From: an uncultured Alphaproteobacteria bacterium
GTDB taxonomy: Bacteria; Pseudomonadota; Alphaproteobacteria; HIMB59; GCA-002718135
Direction: 5' to 3'
Length of the DNA stretch: 64,000 nt
Assembly: GCA_902618015.1 (NCBI GenBank)
Contig: CACMYX010000005.1
Coordinates: 719-64,718, forward strand
The notes beneath the pieces were generated by a model. The model ran no database searches. It had not been told where the DNA came from and saw nothing but the letters and a program-made list of their open reading frames with translations. Position numbers and translations under genes: made by a program. Each line of letters starts with the position of its first letter. Within the stretch, counting starts at the first letter, position 1. Positions 30,712 to 39,935 of this stretch are shown in pieces.

Positions 30712-33237
30712 TCAATTCTTAACTGTTTTTTTCTTTTTTTTGAGACCCATTTTAGCTTTTCTTTCATCAATTAACCTAATAGCATCTTCTAGTTTTAAGC
30801 TATCAATTGTTTGATCACCAAGAATTGATGCATTTATTTTTCCACATTTTACATATGGTCCAAATTTACCGTCATGAGCAGTAATATTTTTCTTTTCTGT
30901 TGGATGCTCACCAAATGTTTTTAACGTCGCATTCCCTCTCTGTGTAGGTTTAGCAATTAATTCAATGGCTCTTTCAAGTTCAATATCAAGAATGTTATCT
31001 GTTTTTTCGAGAGCTTTATATTTTTTATCATGCAAAATATATGGTCCATACATTCCAATACCGGCACTAACCGTTTTATTTGTTTCCGGATGAAATCCTA
31101 ATTTACGTGGTAAGCCAAGTAGTTGGATTGCTGTGTTTAATCCTATTTCATCTGGTTCAAAATTTTTTGGAATAGAAACTCTTTTTGGTTTCTTTTCTTT
31201 TGTCCCTTCACCAACTTGCATATAAAATCCATAAGGACCTTTTCGAAGAGTAATCATTTCTCCTGTTTCAGGATAAATACCAATTTCTTTTGGTCCGCTA
31301 AGAGCAGCACCATCTTTATCGTTTAATTGATTAAACTGAACTGTATATTTGCAATCAGGATAATTAGAGCAGCCAATAAATCCTCCAAACTTTCCAACTT
31401 TAATTCCTAATCTTCCATTATCACAGGTTGGACATTTCCTTTTTTCATCTGCTCCGTTTGGTGGAAAGAAATGCGGACCTAATGCTTCATCTAACACATC
31501 AATGACTTCTCTGTTTGATTTACCTACAGTTTCATCGCAAAGTTGTTTAAATGTTTCCCAAAATTTTCTCAGAACTTCTTTCCAATCAAGCTTACCATCA
31601 GAAATTTCATCAAGTTGATTTTCAAGATCAGCAGTAAAATCATATTCTACATATTGATTGAAATATTTCTCTAAAAATATCGATACTATTCTTCCTCTAT
31701 CATGAGGATTAAAACGTTTTTTATCTAAAATTACATAATCTCTATCTTGTAGAACTTTAATAATAGAAGCATAAGTAGATGGTCTGCCAATACCAAGTTC
31801 TTCAAGTTTTTTAACTAAGCTTGCTTCGGTGTAACGAGGAGGAGGGGAGGTAAAATGTTGTGTCTTTTCAACTTCTTTGAGATTTAAACTCTCTCCTTCA
31901 CTCATGGCAGGAAGAATTGTTTCTTTTTCTTCATCTTTATCATCATCTTTAGCCTCTTGATAAACTTTGTACATTCCAGGAAACTTAATTGTTGATCCAT
32001 TTGCTCGTAAAACAATTTTTTTATCTTCGTTTGTAATATCAACAGCTACTTGATCTAATACAGCACTCGCCATTTGTGAACTTACCGCTCTTTGCCAAAT
32101 AATTTCATATAGCTTGTATTCTTCTAAAGTAATGTATTGCTTAATATCTTTTGGTGTTAGGTAAATATTTGTTGGCCTAATACATTCATGTGCTTCTTGG
32201 GCATTTTTAGCCTTAGATTTATAAACTCTTGGCGCTTCTGGTAAATAATTTGCACCGTAATTATCAGTAACAAAACCTCGAACTTGATTAATAGCTTCTT
32301 TTGACATGACGACACTGTCTGTTCGCATATAAGTTATTAAACCAGTTGTTTCTCCTTTAATGTCCGTTCCTTCATAAAGGCGTTGAGCTGTACGCATTGT
32401 TTGGTTCGCGCTAAGACCAAGTTTACGACTAGACTCAATTTGCATTGTAGATGTAGTAAAAGCAGGATAGGGATTTCTTCTAGCTTCTTTTTTTGTAATA
32501 TTTCCAACAGTGAAAGTAGAATTTTTAATATCATTAAAAATTTTAGTCGCCTCATTCTCATTTTTAATATCAAGTTTATCTACTTTATTCCCATCATAAA
32601 CTGTAAGTCTGGAATTAATAATTTTATCTTCTTTATTTCTAAACTCGCCTTGTAAAGACCAATATTCCTGTGGAATAAATTTTTCTATTTCAAGTTCTCT
32701 TTCACTAATTATTCTTAAGGCAACAGATTGAACTCTACCTGCTGACTTTGATCCTGGTAATTTTCTCCATAGTACTGGAGAAAGTGTAAAGCCGACAAGA
32801 AAATCTAGAGCTCTTCTAGCAAGATAGGCATTAACTAAATTTTCATCTATTTCTCTTGGCTCTTTAAGACTATCAAGAACTGCATTTTTTGTAATTTCAT
32901 TGAATGTAACTCGGTGAATATTTAATTTTGAAAGTGATGAATTATCTCTAAGTAGTTTTTCTACATGCCAAGCTATGGCTTCACCTTCACGGTCGGGGTC
33001 AGTCGCTAGATATAAATTTTCAGATTTTTTAGCAGCATCAGTTATTTCTTTGATTACTTTTTTTCCACGATCACTGGTTTCCCATTTCATTTGGAAATCA
33101 TTTTCAGTATCTATCGCATCATTTTTTGCTGATAAATCTCGGACATGCCCAACACTTGCGAGAACTTTGAAGTCAGAGCCTAAATATTTATTAATAGACT
33201 TTGCCTTCGATGGTGATTCAACAATTAATACATTCAT
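30712..33237 (-). CDS. topA: DNA topoisomerase I
   Basis: The start is set at the ATG at 33237 (MNVLIVESPSKAK). The Toprim domain (LATDPDREGEAI), the active-site region (TYMRTDS) and one C4 zinc ribbon (CPTCDNG...CSNYPDC) are present. The track start at 33252 is an upstream TTG. Confidence 0.96.
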   Translation of the reverse strand: MNVLIVESPSKAKSINKYLGSDFKVLASVGHVRDLSAKNDAIDTENDFQMKWETSDRGKKVIKEITDAAKKSENLYLATDPDREGEAIAWHVEKLLRDNSSLSKLNIHRVTFNEITKNAVLDSLKEPREIDENLVNAYLARRALDFLVGFTLSPVLWRKLPGSKSAGRVQSVALRIISERELEIEKFIPQEYWSLQGEFRNKEDKIINSRLTVYDGNKVDKLDIKNENEATKIFNDIKNSTFTVGNITKKEARRNPYPAFTTSTMQIESSRKLGLSANQTMRTAQRLYEGTDIKGETTGLITYMRTDSVVMSKEAINQVRGFVTDNYGANYLPEAPRVYKSKAKNAQEAHECIRPTNIYLTPKDIKQYITLEEYKLYEIIWQRAVSSQMASAVLDQVAVDITNEDKKIVLRANGSTIKFPGMYKVYQEAKDDDKDEEKETILPAMSEGESLNLKEVEKTQHFTSPPPRYTEASLVKKLEELGIGRPSTYASIIKVLQDRDYVILDKKRFNPHDRGRIVSIFLEKYFNQYVEYDFTADLENQLDEISDGKLDWKEVLRKFWETFKQLCDETVGKSNREVIDVLDEALGPHFFPPNGADEKRKCPTCDNGRLGIKVGKFGGFIGCSNYPDCKYTVQFNQLNDKDGAALSGPKEIGIYPETGEMITLRKGPYGFYMQVGEGTKEKKPKRVSIPKNFEPDEIGLNTAIQLLGLPRKLGFHPETNKTVSAGIGMYGPYILHDKKYKALEKTDNILDIELERAIELIAKPTQRGNATLKTFGEHPTEKKNITAHDGKFGPYVKCGKINASILGDQTIDSLKLEDAIRLIDERKAKMGLKKKKKTVKN

Positions 33238-33302
33238 AAATTTGGGCCCCAAATTTCAGTTTAAAGATAATTCGTCAAGAAATTTTAAAAAAAAGTATAT
33301 TT

Positions 33303-33908
33303 TTACTTGGATAATTTAATTTTACTTTCAGTTTTGTTTATGAGTCTTTTAATGTTTTCTGTGTGTTTAAGATAAATAATTAAAGTTAAATAAATAAAGA
33401 AAATTAGAATATAAAAATTAAAATTAATAAAAATATAATAAGATGGCGCTACTAAAATTCCAATTAAAGATCCAAGAGAAGAGTATTTACTTACAAAAGC
33501 AGTAACAAGCCATACTAATAAAAATAAAATTCCAATATAAGGATTAAAACCAAATAAAAAGCCAATATACGTTGCCACTCCTTTTCCACCTTTAAATTTT
33601 AACCAAACTGGATAGATATGACCTAATATGGCAAAATGACAGAGAAGTAATTTATTCAAAAAAGAAATATCTTGAAAATAGATTTGTAAAATTAGGAACG
33701 GAAGAAAGCCTTTAAAAATATCAAAACAAAGAACAATGAATGCTACAAATTTATTTCCTGTTCTTAAAACATTTGTTGCGCCTACATTTCCAGAGCCAAC
33801 CTTTCTAATATCTCCCAAGCCAAATAATTTTGTAAAAATCAATGCAAAGGGTAATGATCCTATTACATAAAACAATATGATTAATGATAAACTACTTACT
33901 AAAGTCAT
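33303..33908 (-). CDS. plsY: Glycerol-3-phosphate acyltransferase PlsY
   Basis: 201 aa membrane protein (GSGNVGATNVLR, FKGGKGVAT). Confidence 0.92.
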   Translation of the reverse strand: MTLVSSLSLIILFYVIGSLPFALIFTKLFGLGDIRKVGSGNVGATNVLRTGNKFVAFIVLCFDIFKGFLPFLILQIYFQDISFLNKLLLCHFAILGHIYPVWLKFKGGKGVATYIGFLFGFNPYIGILFLLVWLVTAFVSKYSSLGSLIGILVAPSYYIFINFNFYILIFFIYLTLIIYLKHTENIKRLINKTESKIKLSK

Positions 33909-35037
33909 CTCTGTTTTTAATAATTAAGTCTAAGCATGCCATTCGTACTGCAACCCCCATAGCTACCTGTTCTTGTATTAAGCTTCTAGTGACGTCATCG
34001 GCAAGTTTGGAGTCTATTTCTACACCACGGTTCATTGGACCTGGATGCATAACGAAAGCATTTTTTTTTGCATATTTAAGTTTATTGTAATCTAAACCAT
34101 ACTTTTTAAAATAAGTCTTTTGATTTGGCATTATTTTCCCAACTATTCTTTCTTTTTGAATACGTAGCATCATAACAATATCACAATTTTGTAATCCCTT
34201 TTTCATTTCTGTATAAACGTTCACAGGTAGTTTATTTAAACTTTTTGGTAACCATTCTTTAGGCCCAATAACATTTATTTTTGCACCTAACTTTGATAGT
34301 ATGATTATGTTTGATCGAGCAACACGGCTATGTAGAATATCTCCACATATAGCAATTTTTAATTTTGCAAAATTTTCAAATTTATTTTTTATAGTAAGTG
34401 CATCTAATAATGCTTGTGTGGGATGTTCATGACTACCATCACCAGCGTTAATTACAGATGCATCTACTGTTTCTGAAATTTTTTTACTAATTCCTTCCTC
34501 TGGATGTCTTACGATTAAAACATCAGGATTCATTGAATTAATAGTAGTCATAGTATCGAGTAAGGTTTCACCTTTGTTAATAGAACTATCTTTTACCACT
34601 ACATTAATGAGATCTGCTCCTAGCCTTTTAGCAGCAACTTCAAAACTTGTTCTTGTTCTTGTTGAATCTTCAAAAAAAAGATTAAATATTGTTCTTCCTT
34701 CTAGAACATTAATTTTTTTAATTTTCCTTTTATTAAAAGTTATATATTTTTTAGATTCATGTAAGATGTGCTCAATTTCTTTCTTAGTTAATTCAGCTGT
34801 TTCTACTAAATGAATTTTTTTAAAAATATTTTTACTTCTTTTTAATTGGATATTTGTTTTTGAAGAAATTGATGAATAATATTTTAAAGCTATTTTTTCC
34901 GCATCTTTAAGAATTTTTGAACCTGTAGATGATCTGATTGCTTTTAATTTTGGCATTTTCACTTTCATTTGCCAATATTTTGAATTTTCTCTTTTATATA
35001 ATTTTATGTGTCCTGATTTAAGTAGCTTTGAATTCAT
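33892..35037 (-). CDS. pyrB: Aspartate carbamoyltransferase catalytic subunit with an unusual N-terminal extension
   Basis: The core is clear (NLFFEDSTRTRTSFEVAAKRLGA, HPTQALLD, MHPGPMNRGVEI). The conserved core begins near codon 76 of the ORF. The last in-frame ATG/GTG/TTG upstream of that point is at 34956, so at least 45 extra residues must be translated. Candidate starts are TTG 35046, ATG 35037, ATG 34968 and ATG 34956. Confidence 0.88.
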   Translation of the reverse strand: MNSKLLKSGHIKLYKRENSKYWQMKVKMPKLKAIRSSTGSKILKDAEKIALKYYSSISSKTNIQLKRSKNIFKKIHLVETAELTKKEIEHILHESKKYITFNKRKIKKINVLEGRTIFNLFFEDSTRTRTSFEVAAKRLGADLINVVVKDSSINKGETLLDTMTTINSMNPDVLIVRHPEEGISKKISETVDASVINAGDGSHEHPTQALLDALTIKNKFENFAKLKIAICGDILHSRVARSNIIILSKLGAKINVIGPKEWLPKSLNKLPVNVYTEMKKGLQNCDIVMMLRIQKERIVGKIMPNQKTYFKKYGLDYNKLKYAKKNAFVMHPGPMNRGVEIDSKLADDVTRSLIQEQVAMGVAVRMACLDLIIKNRDDFSK

Positions 35038-35066
35038 ATGTGTCAATAATGTGTCAGTATGTGTAA
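35038..35066. repeat. Three tandem, helically phased 8-mers ATGTGTCA / ATGTGTCA / ATGTGTAA
   Basis: Copies lie at 35038-35045, 35049-35056 and 35059-35066, giving periods of 11 and 10 nt. A fourth copy, ATGTGTCC, lies at 35006-35013. The repeats span the pyrB start codon and the ruvX-pyrB spacer. Confidence 0.8.
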
Positions 35067-35075
35067 ACTAATTTA

Positions 35076-35534
35076 TTAATTATTTCTATATCTATCTAAA
35101 TATCCTTGTAAGATATAAGCAGCCGATTGTTGATCAAGTTTACTTTTTATCTTTGTTTTACTTAAATCGGCTTTTCTCATTTCTTTAAAGATTACATCTG
35201 ATGAAAATCTTTCATCCCAAAGAGCTGTAGGTTTCTTAAAAAAGGTTTGAAGATTAATATTAAAATCTCTTACTAATTGGCTTTGTTTGTTTTCACTATT
35301 ATCCAGGCTAATCGGTAGACCAAGAATAAATCCACCAATTTCATACTCTTTCAAAATATCTTTCATAATAATTAAATCTTTATTAGTTCCTTTTCTTTGA
35401 ATAATTGAAAGAGGTGTAGCGATTATTTTTGATCTATCGCTTACTGCAACACCAATCGTTTTAGTTCCTAGGTCTAGACCTACAAGTATTTGTGATGTAT
35501 TAAGGCCATCGATTAAATTATTTTGATCATTCAT
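35076..35534 (-). CDS. ruvX: Putative pre-16S rRNA nuclease / Holliday junction resolvase-like YqgF (RuvX)
   Basis: The start is set at the ATG at 35534 (MNDQNN...). VGLDLGTKTIGVAVSD and SAAYILQGYLD motifs are present. The longer track ORF would overlap gatC. Confidence 0.87.
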   Translation of the reverse strand: MNDQNNLIDGLNTSQILVGLDLGTKTIGVAVSDRSKIIATPLSIIQRKGTNKDLIIMKDILKEYEIGGFILGLPISLDNSENKQSQLVRDFNINLQTFFKKPTALWDERFSSDVIFKEMRKADLSKTKIKSKLDQQSAAYILQGYLDRYRNN

Positions 35535-35551
35535 ATAATGGAGCTCATAAA

Positions 35552-35839
35552 TTGAAGATTGATAAAAATACAATAAATAAAATTGCTCGTCTATCTAGAA
35601 TAAAGTTAGATGATAAAGAATCTGAAGATTATATTAAGGATCTTAATTCCATTTTAGACTGGGTAGAGCAGTTAAATGAAGTAAATACTGAAAATGTAGA
35701 ACCGTTAAGTAACATATCATCATCAATTTTACCTAAAAGAGAAGATGTATCTAATGATACTAATTCTAGTGAGGAAATTCTTGAAAATGCTCCTGATAAA
35801 CTCGAAGGTTTTTTTGCAGTACCAAAGGTGGTAGAATAA
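35552..35839 (+). CDS. gatC: Asp/Glu-tRNA amidotransferase subunit C
   Basis: 95 aa with a TTG start preceded by GGAG. The N-terminus is typical of GatC (KIDKNTINKIARLSRIKL...) and gatA and gatB follow. Confidence 0.9.
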   Translation: MKIDKNTINKIARLSRIKLDDKESEDYIKDLNSILDWVEQLNEVNTENVEPLSNISSSILPKREDVSNDTNSSEEILENAPDKLEGFFAVPKVVE

Positions 35840-37263
35840 TGTCTAAATCATCTTTGAAACAAACGTTAAAAGATCTCGATACAAAAAAAATATCAATAAG
35901 AGAATTAAATCAGGATTATTTAAAAAGAATTAAGGAAAATGAAAACTTAAATATTTTTATTCATTTTAGTGAAGAGAATGTTTTAAAGCAGATAGATAAC
36001 TTAGAGAAAGATAATTCAGAAAAAAAATTAAAAGGTATTCCGATTGCAATCAAGGATCTATTTTGTACTAAAAGTATGCCTACAACTGCAGCTTCAAAGA
36101 TTTTAGAAAATTTTAATCCAACTTATGAATCATTTGTTACTCAAAAATTATTAGATGAAGGATCTATTTTTGTTGGTAAAACAAATCTAGATGAGTTTGC
36201 TATGGGCTCAGCTACTAATACAAGTTTTTTTGGAAATACAATTAATCCCCTATCACAAGAAAATGAGCCTCTAGCTCCTGGTGGATCTTCTGGTGGTTCC
36301 GCAGCCGCAGTTGCAGCAGATTTATGTTTAGGGGCAACTGGAACAGATACAGGTGGATCAATAAGACAACCAGCTAGCTTTTGTGGTGTTGTGGGTATCA
36401 AACCAACATATGGTTTATGTTCCCGATGGGGTATAGCTGCATTTGCATCTAGTTTGGATCAAGCAGGAATTTTTTCTCATAATGTTGAAGATGCATCAAT
36501 ATTATTACAATCCATCGCTGGGTTTGATCAAAGAGATAGTACAAGTGCTAAAGTAGATATTCCAAATTATTTTGAAAATTTAGATGATGATCTAAATGGG
36601 AAAACTGTTGGTATACCAAAAGAGTATTCTATTGATGGTACACCAATGGAAATAAGTCAGATATGGGAAGATGCTATCAAGGTTTTAGAAAAAAAAGGTG
36701 TTAAAATTAAAAATATTTCACTTCCTCATACTAAATATGCACTTCCTACTTATTATATTATTGCTCCTGCTGAAGCTTCCTCAAATTTAGCTCGTTATGA
36801 TGGAGTAAAATATGGTTTTAGATCTGATGAAATTGATTCTCTTGATGAAATGTATGAAAATACAAGAGCTCAAGGTTTTGGGAGAGAAGTAAAAAGAAGA
36901 ATTTTAATAGGAACATACGTATTATCTGCAGGTTATTATGATGCATATTATCTTAAGGCACAAAAAGTAAGAAAATTAATTGCTGATGATTTTAATAAAG
37001 CTTTTAAAGAATGTGATTTTATAGTTACTCCTACTGCACCAAGTGCTGCATTTCCCTTAAATGAAAAACAAAATGATCCTATCAAAATGTATTTAAATGA
37101 TGTGTTTACGGTTCCTGCTTCTTTAGCTGGCCTACCAGGTATTTCCATTCCCTTTGGTAAAGATAAAAATAATTTACCACTAGGTATTCAAATATTAGGA
37201 AAACACTTTGATGAACAACAAGTTTTTAATGCCGCTGTATCTCTAGAAAGATCATATGAATAA
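35839..37263 (+). CDS. gatA: Asp/Glu-tRNA amidotransferase subunit A
   Basis: 474 aa with the amidase signature ([25 protein letters not shown]). Confidence 0.97.
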   Translation: MSKSSLKQTLKDLDTKKISIRELNQDYLKRIKENENLNIFIHFSEENVLKQIDNLEKDNSEKKLKGIPIAIKDLFCTKSMPTTAASKILENFNPTYESFVTQKLLDEGSIFVGKTNLDEFAMGSATNTSFFGNTINPLSQENEPLAPGGSSGGSAAAVAADLCLGATGTDTGGSIRQPASFCGVVGIKPTYGLCSRWGIAAFASSLDQAGIFSHNVEDASILLQSIAGFDQRDSTSAKVDIPNYFENLDDDLNGKTVGIPKEYSIDGTPMEISQIWEDAIKVLEKKGVKIKNISLPHTKYALPTYYIIAPAEASSNLARYDGVKYGFRSDEIDSLDEMYENTRAQGFGREVKRRILIGTYVLSAGYYDAYYLKAQKVRKLIADDFNKAFKECDFIVTPTAPSAAFPLNEKQNDPIKMYLNDVFTVPASLAGLPGISIPFGKDKNNLPLGIQILGKHFDEQQVFNAAVSLERSYE

Positions 37264-38731
37264 TTTAATAAAAGGTGAAAAACATGATTGGGAGATGGTA
37301 ATCGGTCTTGAAATACATGCTCAAGTAAAATCAAATTCTAAATTATTTTCATCATCATCAACAAAATTTGGTTCATCACCAAATAGTCAAGTGTCTTTAG
37401 TCGATGCTGCTATGCCAGGAATGTTGCCTGTTATTAATAAGTATTGTGTGGAACAGGCAGTAAAAACTGGAGTCGGTTTAAATGCTAAAATTAATAATTA
37501 TTCTGTCTTTGATAGAAAAAATTACTTTTATGCTGATCTTCCGCAAGGATATCAAATTAGTCAGTATAAATATCCAATTGTTGGAGAAGGAAAGGTTACA
37601 ATTGATTTCAAAGATGGAACATCAAAAGATATTAGAATTGTAAGATTGCATTTAGAACAAGATGCTGGTAAAAGTTTACACGATCAAAATCCTTCAAAAA
37701 CATATGTAGATCTTAATAGATCTGGTGTTGCTTTGATGGAAATTGTAAGCGAGCCTGACATTAGAACGCCTGATGAAGCTGGAATGTATATATCCAAAAT
37801 CAGATCAATTTTAATGTATTTAGATACATGTGATGGAAATATGCAAGAGGGTTCTTTAAGAGCAGATGTAAATATTTCAGTAAGAAAACCTGGGGATGAA
37901 TATGGAACTCGATGTGAAATTAAAAACTTAAACTCTATAAAGTTTATAAAACAGGCTATTAATTATGAAGCAAAAAGACAAATAGAAATATTGGAGTCTG
38001 GCGGTTCTATTGAGCAAAACACAATGCTCTTTAATACATCTACTGGCAAAACTAGACCCATGAGAAATAAAGAAGAAGCTCATGACTATAGATACTTTCC
38101 TGATCCAGATTTATTACCACTAGAAATTTCTAAAGAAGAAATAGTAAAAATTAAATCATCAATACCAGAGCTTCCAGATGAGCTTAAGAATAAATTTATT
38201 GAGACTTATAAATTGTCTAATTATGATGCTTCAGTATTAACTGCAGAGAAACAAACATCTGATTATTTTAATGAAACAATTAATTCAGATTCGGAATTAA
38301 AAAATCATGCAAAAATAGTTGTAAATTGGATTACTTCTGAATTGTTTTCATTATTAAATAAAAATAATCAAGATTTAAATAACTCTCCAGTATCACCTGA
38401 AAACTTAGGGCAACTTATAAAGTTAATTTCTACAAATGAAATTTCTGGTAAAATTGCAAAAGATGTATTGGGCGATATGTTTTCTTCAGGAAAAACAGCT
38501 AGACAAATCGTAGATGAAAAGGGTTTGCAACAAGTTACAGATCAGGGTGAAATAACAAAAGTTATTGATGAAGTCATTGCAGAAAATCCCAAAATGGTCG
38601 AACAGTATCTAGCAGGTAAAGATAAGTTATTAGGTTTCTTTGTTGGTCAAGTTATGAAATTAACTAAAGGAAAAGCTAATCCAAAAATGTTAAATGATAT
38701 TTTAAAACAAAAATTAAATAAAAAAAATTAA
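37256..38731 (+). CDS. gatB: Asp/Glu-tRNA amidotransferase subunit B
   Basis: 491 aa ([43 protein letters not shown]). Confidence 0.97.
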   Translation: MNNLIKGEKHDWEMVIGLEIHAQVKSNSKLFSSSSTKFGSSPNSQVSLVDAAMPGMLPVINKYCVEQAVKTGVGLNAKINNYSVFDRKNYFYADLPQGYQISQYKYPIVGEGKVTIDFKDGTSKDIRIVRLHLEQDAGKSLHDQNPSKTYVDLNRSGVALMEIVSEPDIRTPDEAGMYISKIRSILMYLDTCDGNMQEGSLRADVNISVRKPGDEYGTRCEIKNLNSIKFIKQAINYEAKRQIEILESGGSIEQNTMLFNTSTGKTRPMRNKEEAHDYRYFPDPDLLPLEISKEEIVKIKSSIPELPDELKNKFIETYKLSNYDASVLTAEKQTSDYFNETINSDSELKNHAKIVVNWITSELFSLLNKNNQDLNNSPVSPENLGQLIKLISTNEISGKIAKDVLGDMFSSGKTARQIVDEKGLQQVTDQGEITKVIDEVIAENPKMVEQYLAGKDKLLGFFVGQVMKLTKGKANPKMLNDILKQKLNKKN

Positions 38732-39058
38732 ACGTAAAGAATAGCATCTATAAGCAACAATTATAAATGTTAAAACTATCCAAATTATACTTCCTTTGTA
38801 ATTTTCTGCTGCTCTCCAAATTCCAATAGAAATAAATATTGTCCAAATAAAAATAAAAATTTTTGAGATTAGCGCAAGATTAGTAAAATCTAAAAATGGT
38901 ATTTGGGAAACAGAGCTATCTGTATTAAAAAAATAAATTTCAAGATTAAATATAATAAGCAAAACAATACCATTTAGTAGTTCACCAACTAACCAATAGG
39001 ATTTCCAGAGTTTTATTTTTCCTTCAAAAAAATCTTTTATTATGTTTGTATTAGTCAT
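38714..39058 (-). CDS. Hypothetical small membrane protein (114 aa, about 3 TM)
   Basis: An ATG-initiated ORF fills the gap between gatB and the DUF4198 gene. It is strongly hydrophobic and I recognise no family. Its 3' end overlaps the convergent gatB by 18 nt. Confidence 0.55.
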   Translation of the reverse strand: MTNTNIIKDFFEGKIKLWKSYWLVGELLNGIVLLIIFNLEIYFFNTDSSVSQIPFLDFTNLALISKIFIFIWTIFISIGIWRAAENYKGSIIWIVLTFIIVAYRCYSLRLIFFI

Positions 39059-39122
39059 TTTTATTAATCTTTAATATTATAATTATTCATAAAATTTTTA
39101 ATAGCAATTCAACATTCTTAAA

Positions 39123-39935
39123 TCATTTATTCGGTGTTTTTAATGTATAAGAAGTCCATAAAGAATGCCATTTAGCATAATAATCTTTTTTCTTATTACT
39201 GCCTTCAATTATAACAACACTTTCAATTAGATATTTTGTATTTTTTTTAAAGAGATAATTAAAATATCCATCGTTATTTGTTCTAACGTATTCTTTTCTA
39301 AAATAACCATTATTTAAACTCATAATAGAAACCTTATGATCAGCTAGTATTTTATTTTTATATTCTAAGAGAATTCTTTTACTTTCATTTAAATTTTTAA
39401 GAGGATTGTCTAAAAAAATTAATTCAAAGTTCATATTTGTATCGATATCTTTACCATCAAAATTTTCCACACTAATTAATGACTTTGCATATCTTTTATA
39501 ACTTTCAAAAAAATTTTCTGGATAGTTATTTTCTCTATGTTTTTGAGCTAAATTTGGATATCCTTTCTCTCTTGTGAAAATTTCAAATTTTACTAATTTT
39601 TCATATTCAACATATTTAGTCACTGATTCAATTTGTATTACATTTAATCCTTTGAACGTTTTTTTAATATTAAGAGCTGGAATATCACCTAATCTACCTT
39701 TAATTTTTAATTTATTATCTTCAGCATACAGGAATGCAATTTTAAAATATTCTTTTGTAAATGGTATTGGTGATCCTTCAAAATTTTCTCCTACAAAAAT
39801 ATTTGCCACAGCTTTTTCATTATTTGATAAGTGATAATTTTTTGGATCAATCCAAAATTCATGAGATAAAGAGATTTTTGTTATTGAAGTTAAGATAATA
39901 ATAAATATTAATCTTTTTAAAGTAAATTTCATCAT
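39123..39935 (-). CDS. Periplasmic DUF4198-family protein (putative Ni/Co-type metal-binding uptake component)
   Basis: 270 aa. A signal peptide is followed by the mature N-terminus HEFWIDP, which matches the H-[DE]-F-W-[LI] start typical of DUF4198/CbiK-like proteins. Confidence 0.7.
   Translation of the reverse strand: MMKFTLKRLIFIIILTSITKISLSHEFWIDPKNYHLSNNEKAVANIFVGENFEGSPIPFTKEYFKIAFLYAEDNKLKIKGRLGDIPALNIKKTFKGLNVIQIESVTKYVEYEKLVKFEIFTREKGYPNLAQKHRENNYPENFFESYKRYAKSLISVENFDGKDIDTNMNFELIFLDNPLKNLNESKRILLEYKNKILADHKVSIMSLNNGYFRKEYVRTNNDGYFNYLFKKNTKYLIESVVIIEGSNKKKDYYAKWHSLWTSYTLKTPNK

Noticed and set aside
33238-33252. A longer topA start (TTG at 33252, MGPKF...).
   Set aside because: Topoisomerase I proteins begin with the Toprim strand M..LVIVESP. 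The ATG at 33237 gives exactly MNVLIVESPSKAK.
35535-35573. A longer ruvX start that would overlap the gatC start on the opposite strand.
   Set aside because: The extension (MYFYQSSIYELHY) has no counterpart in YqgF proteins. The ATG at 35534 gives a normal-length protein ahead of the conserved GLDLGTKTIGVA motif.
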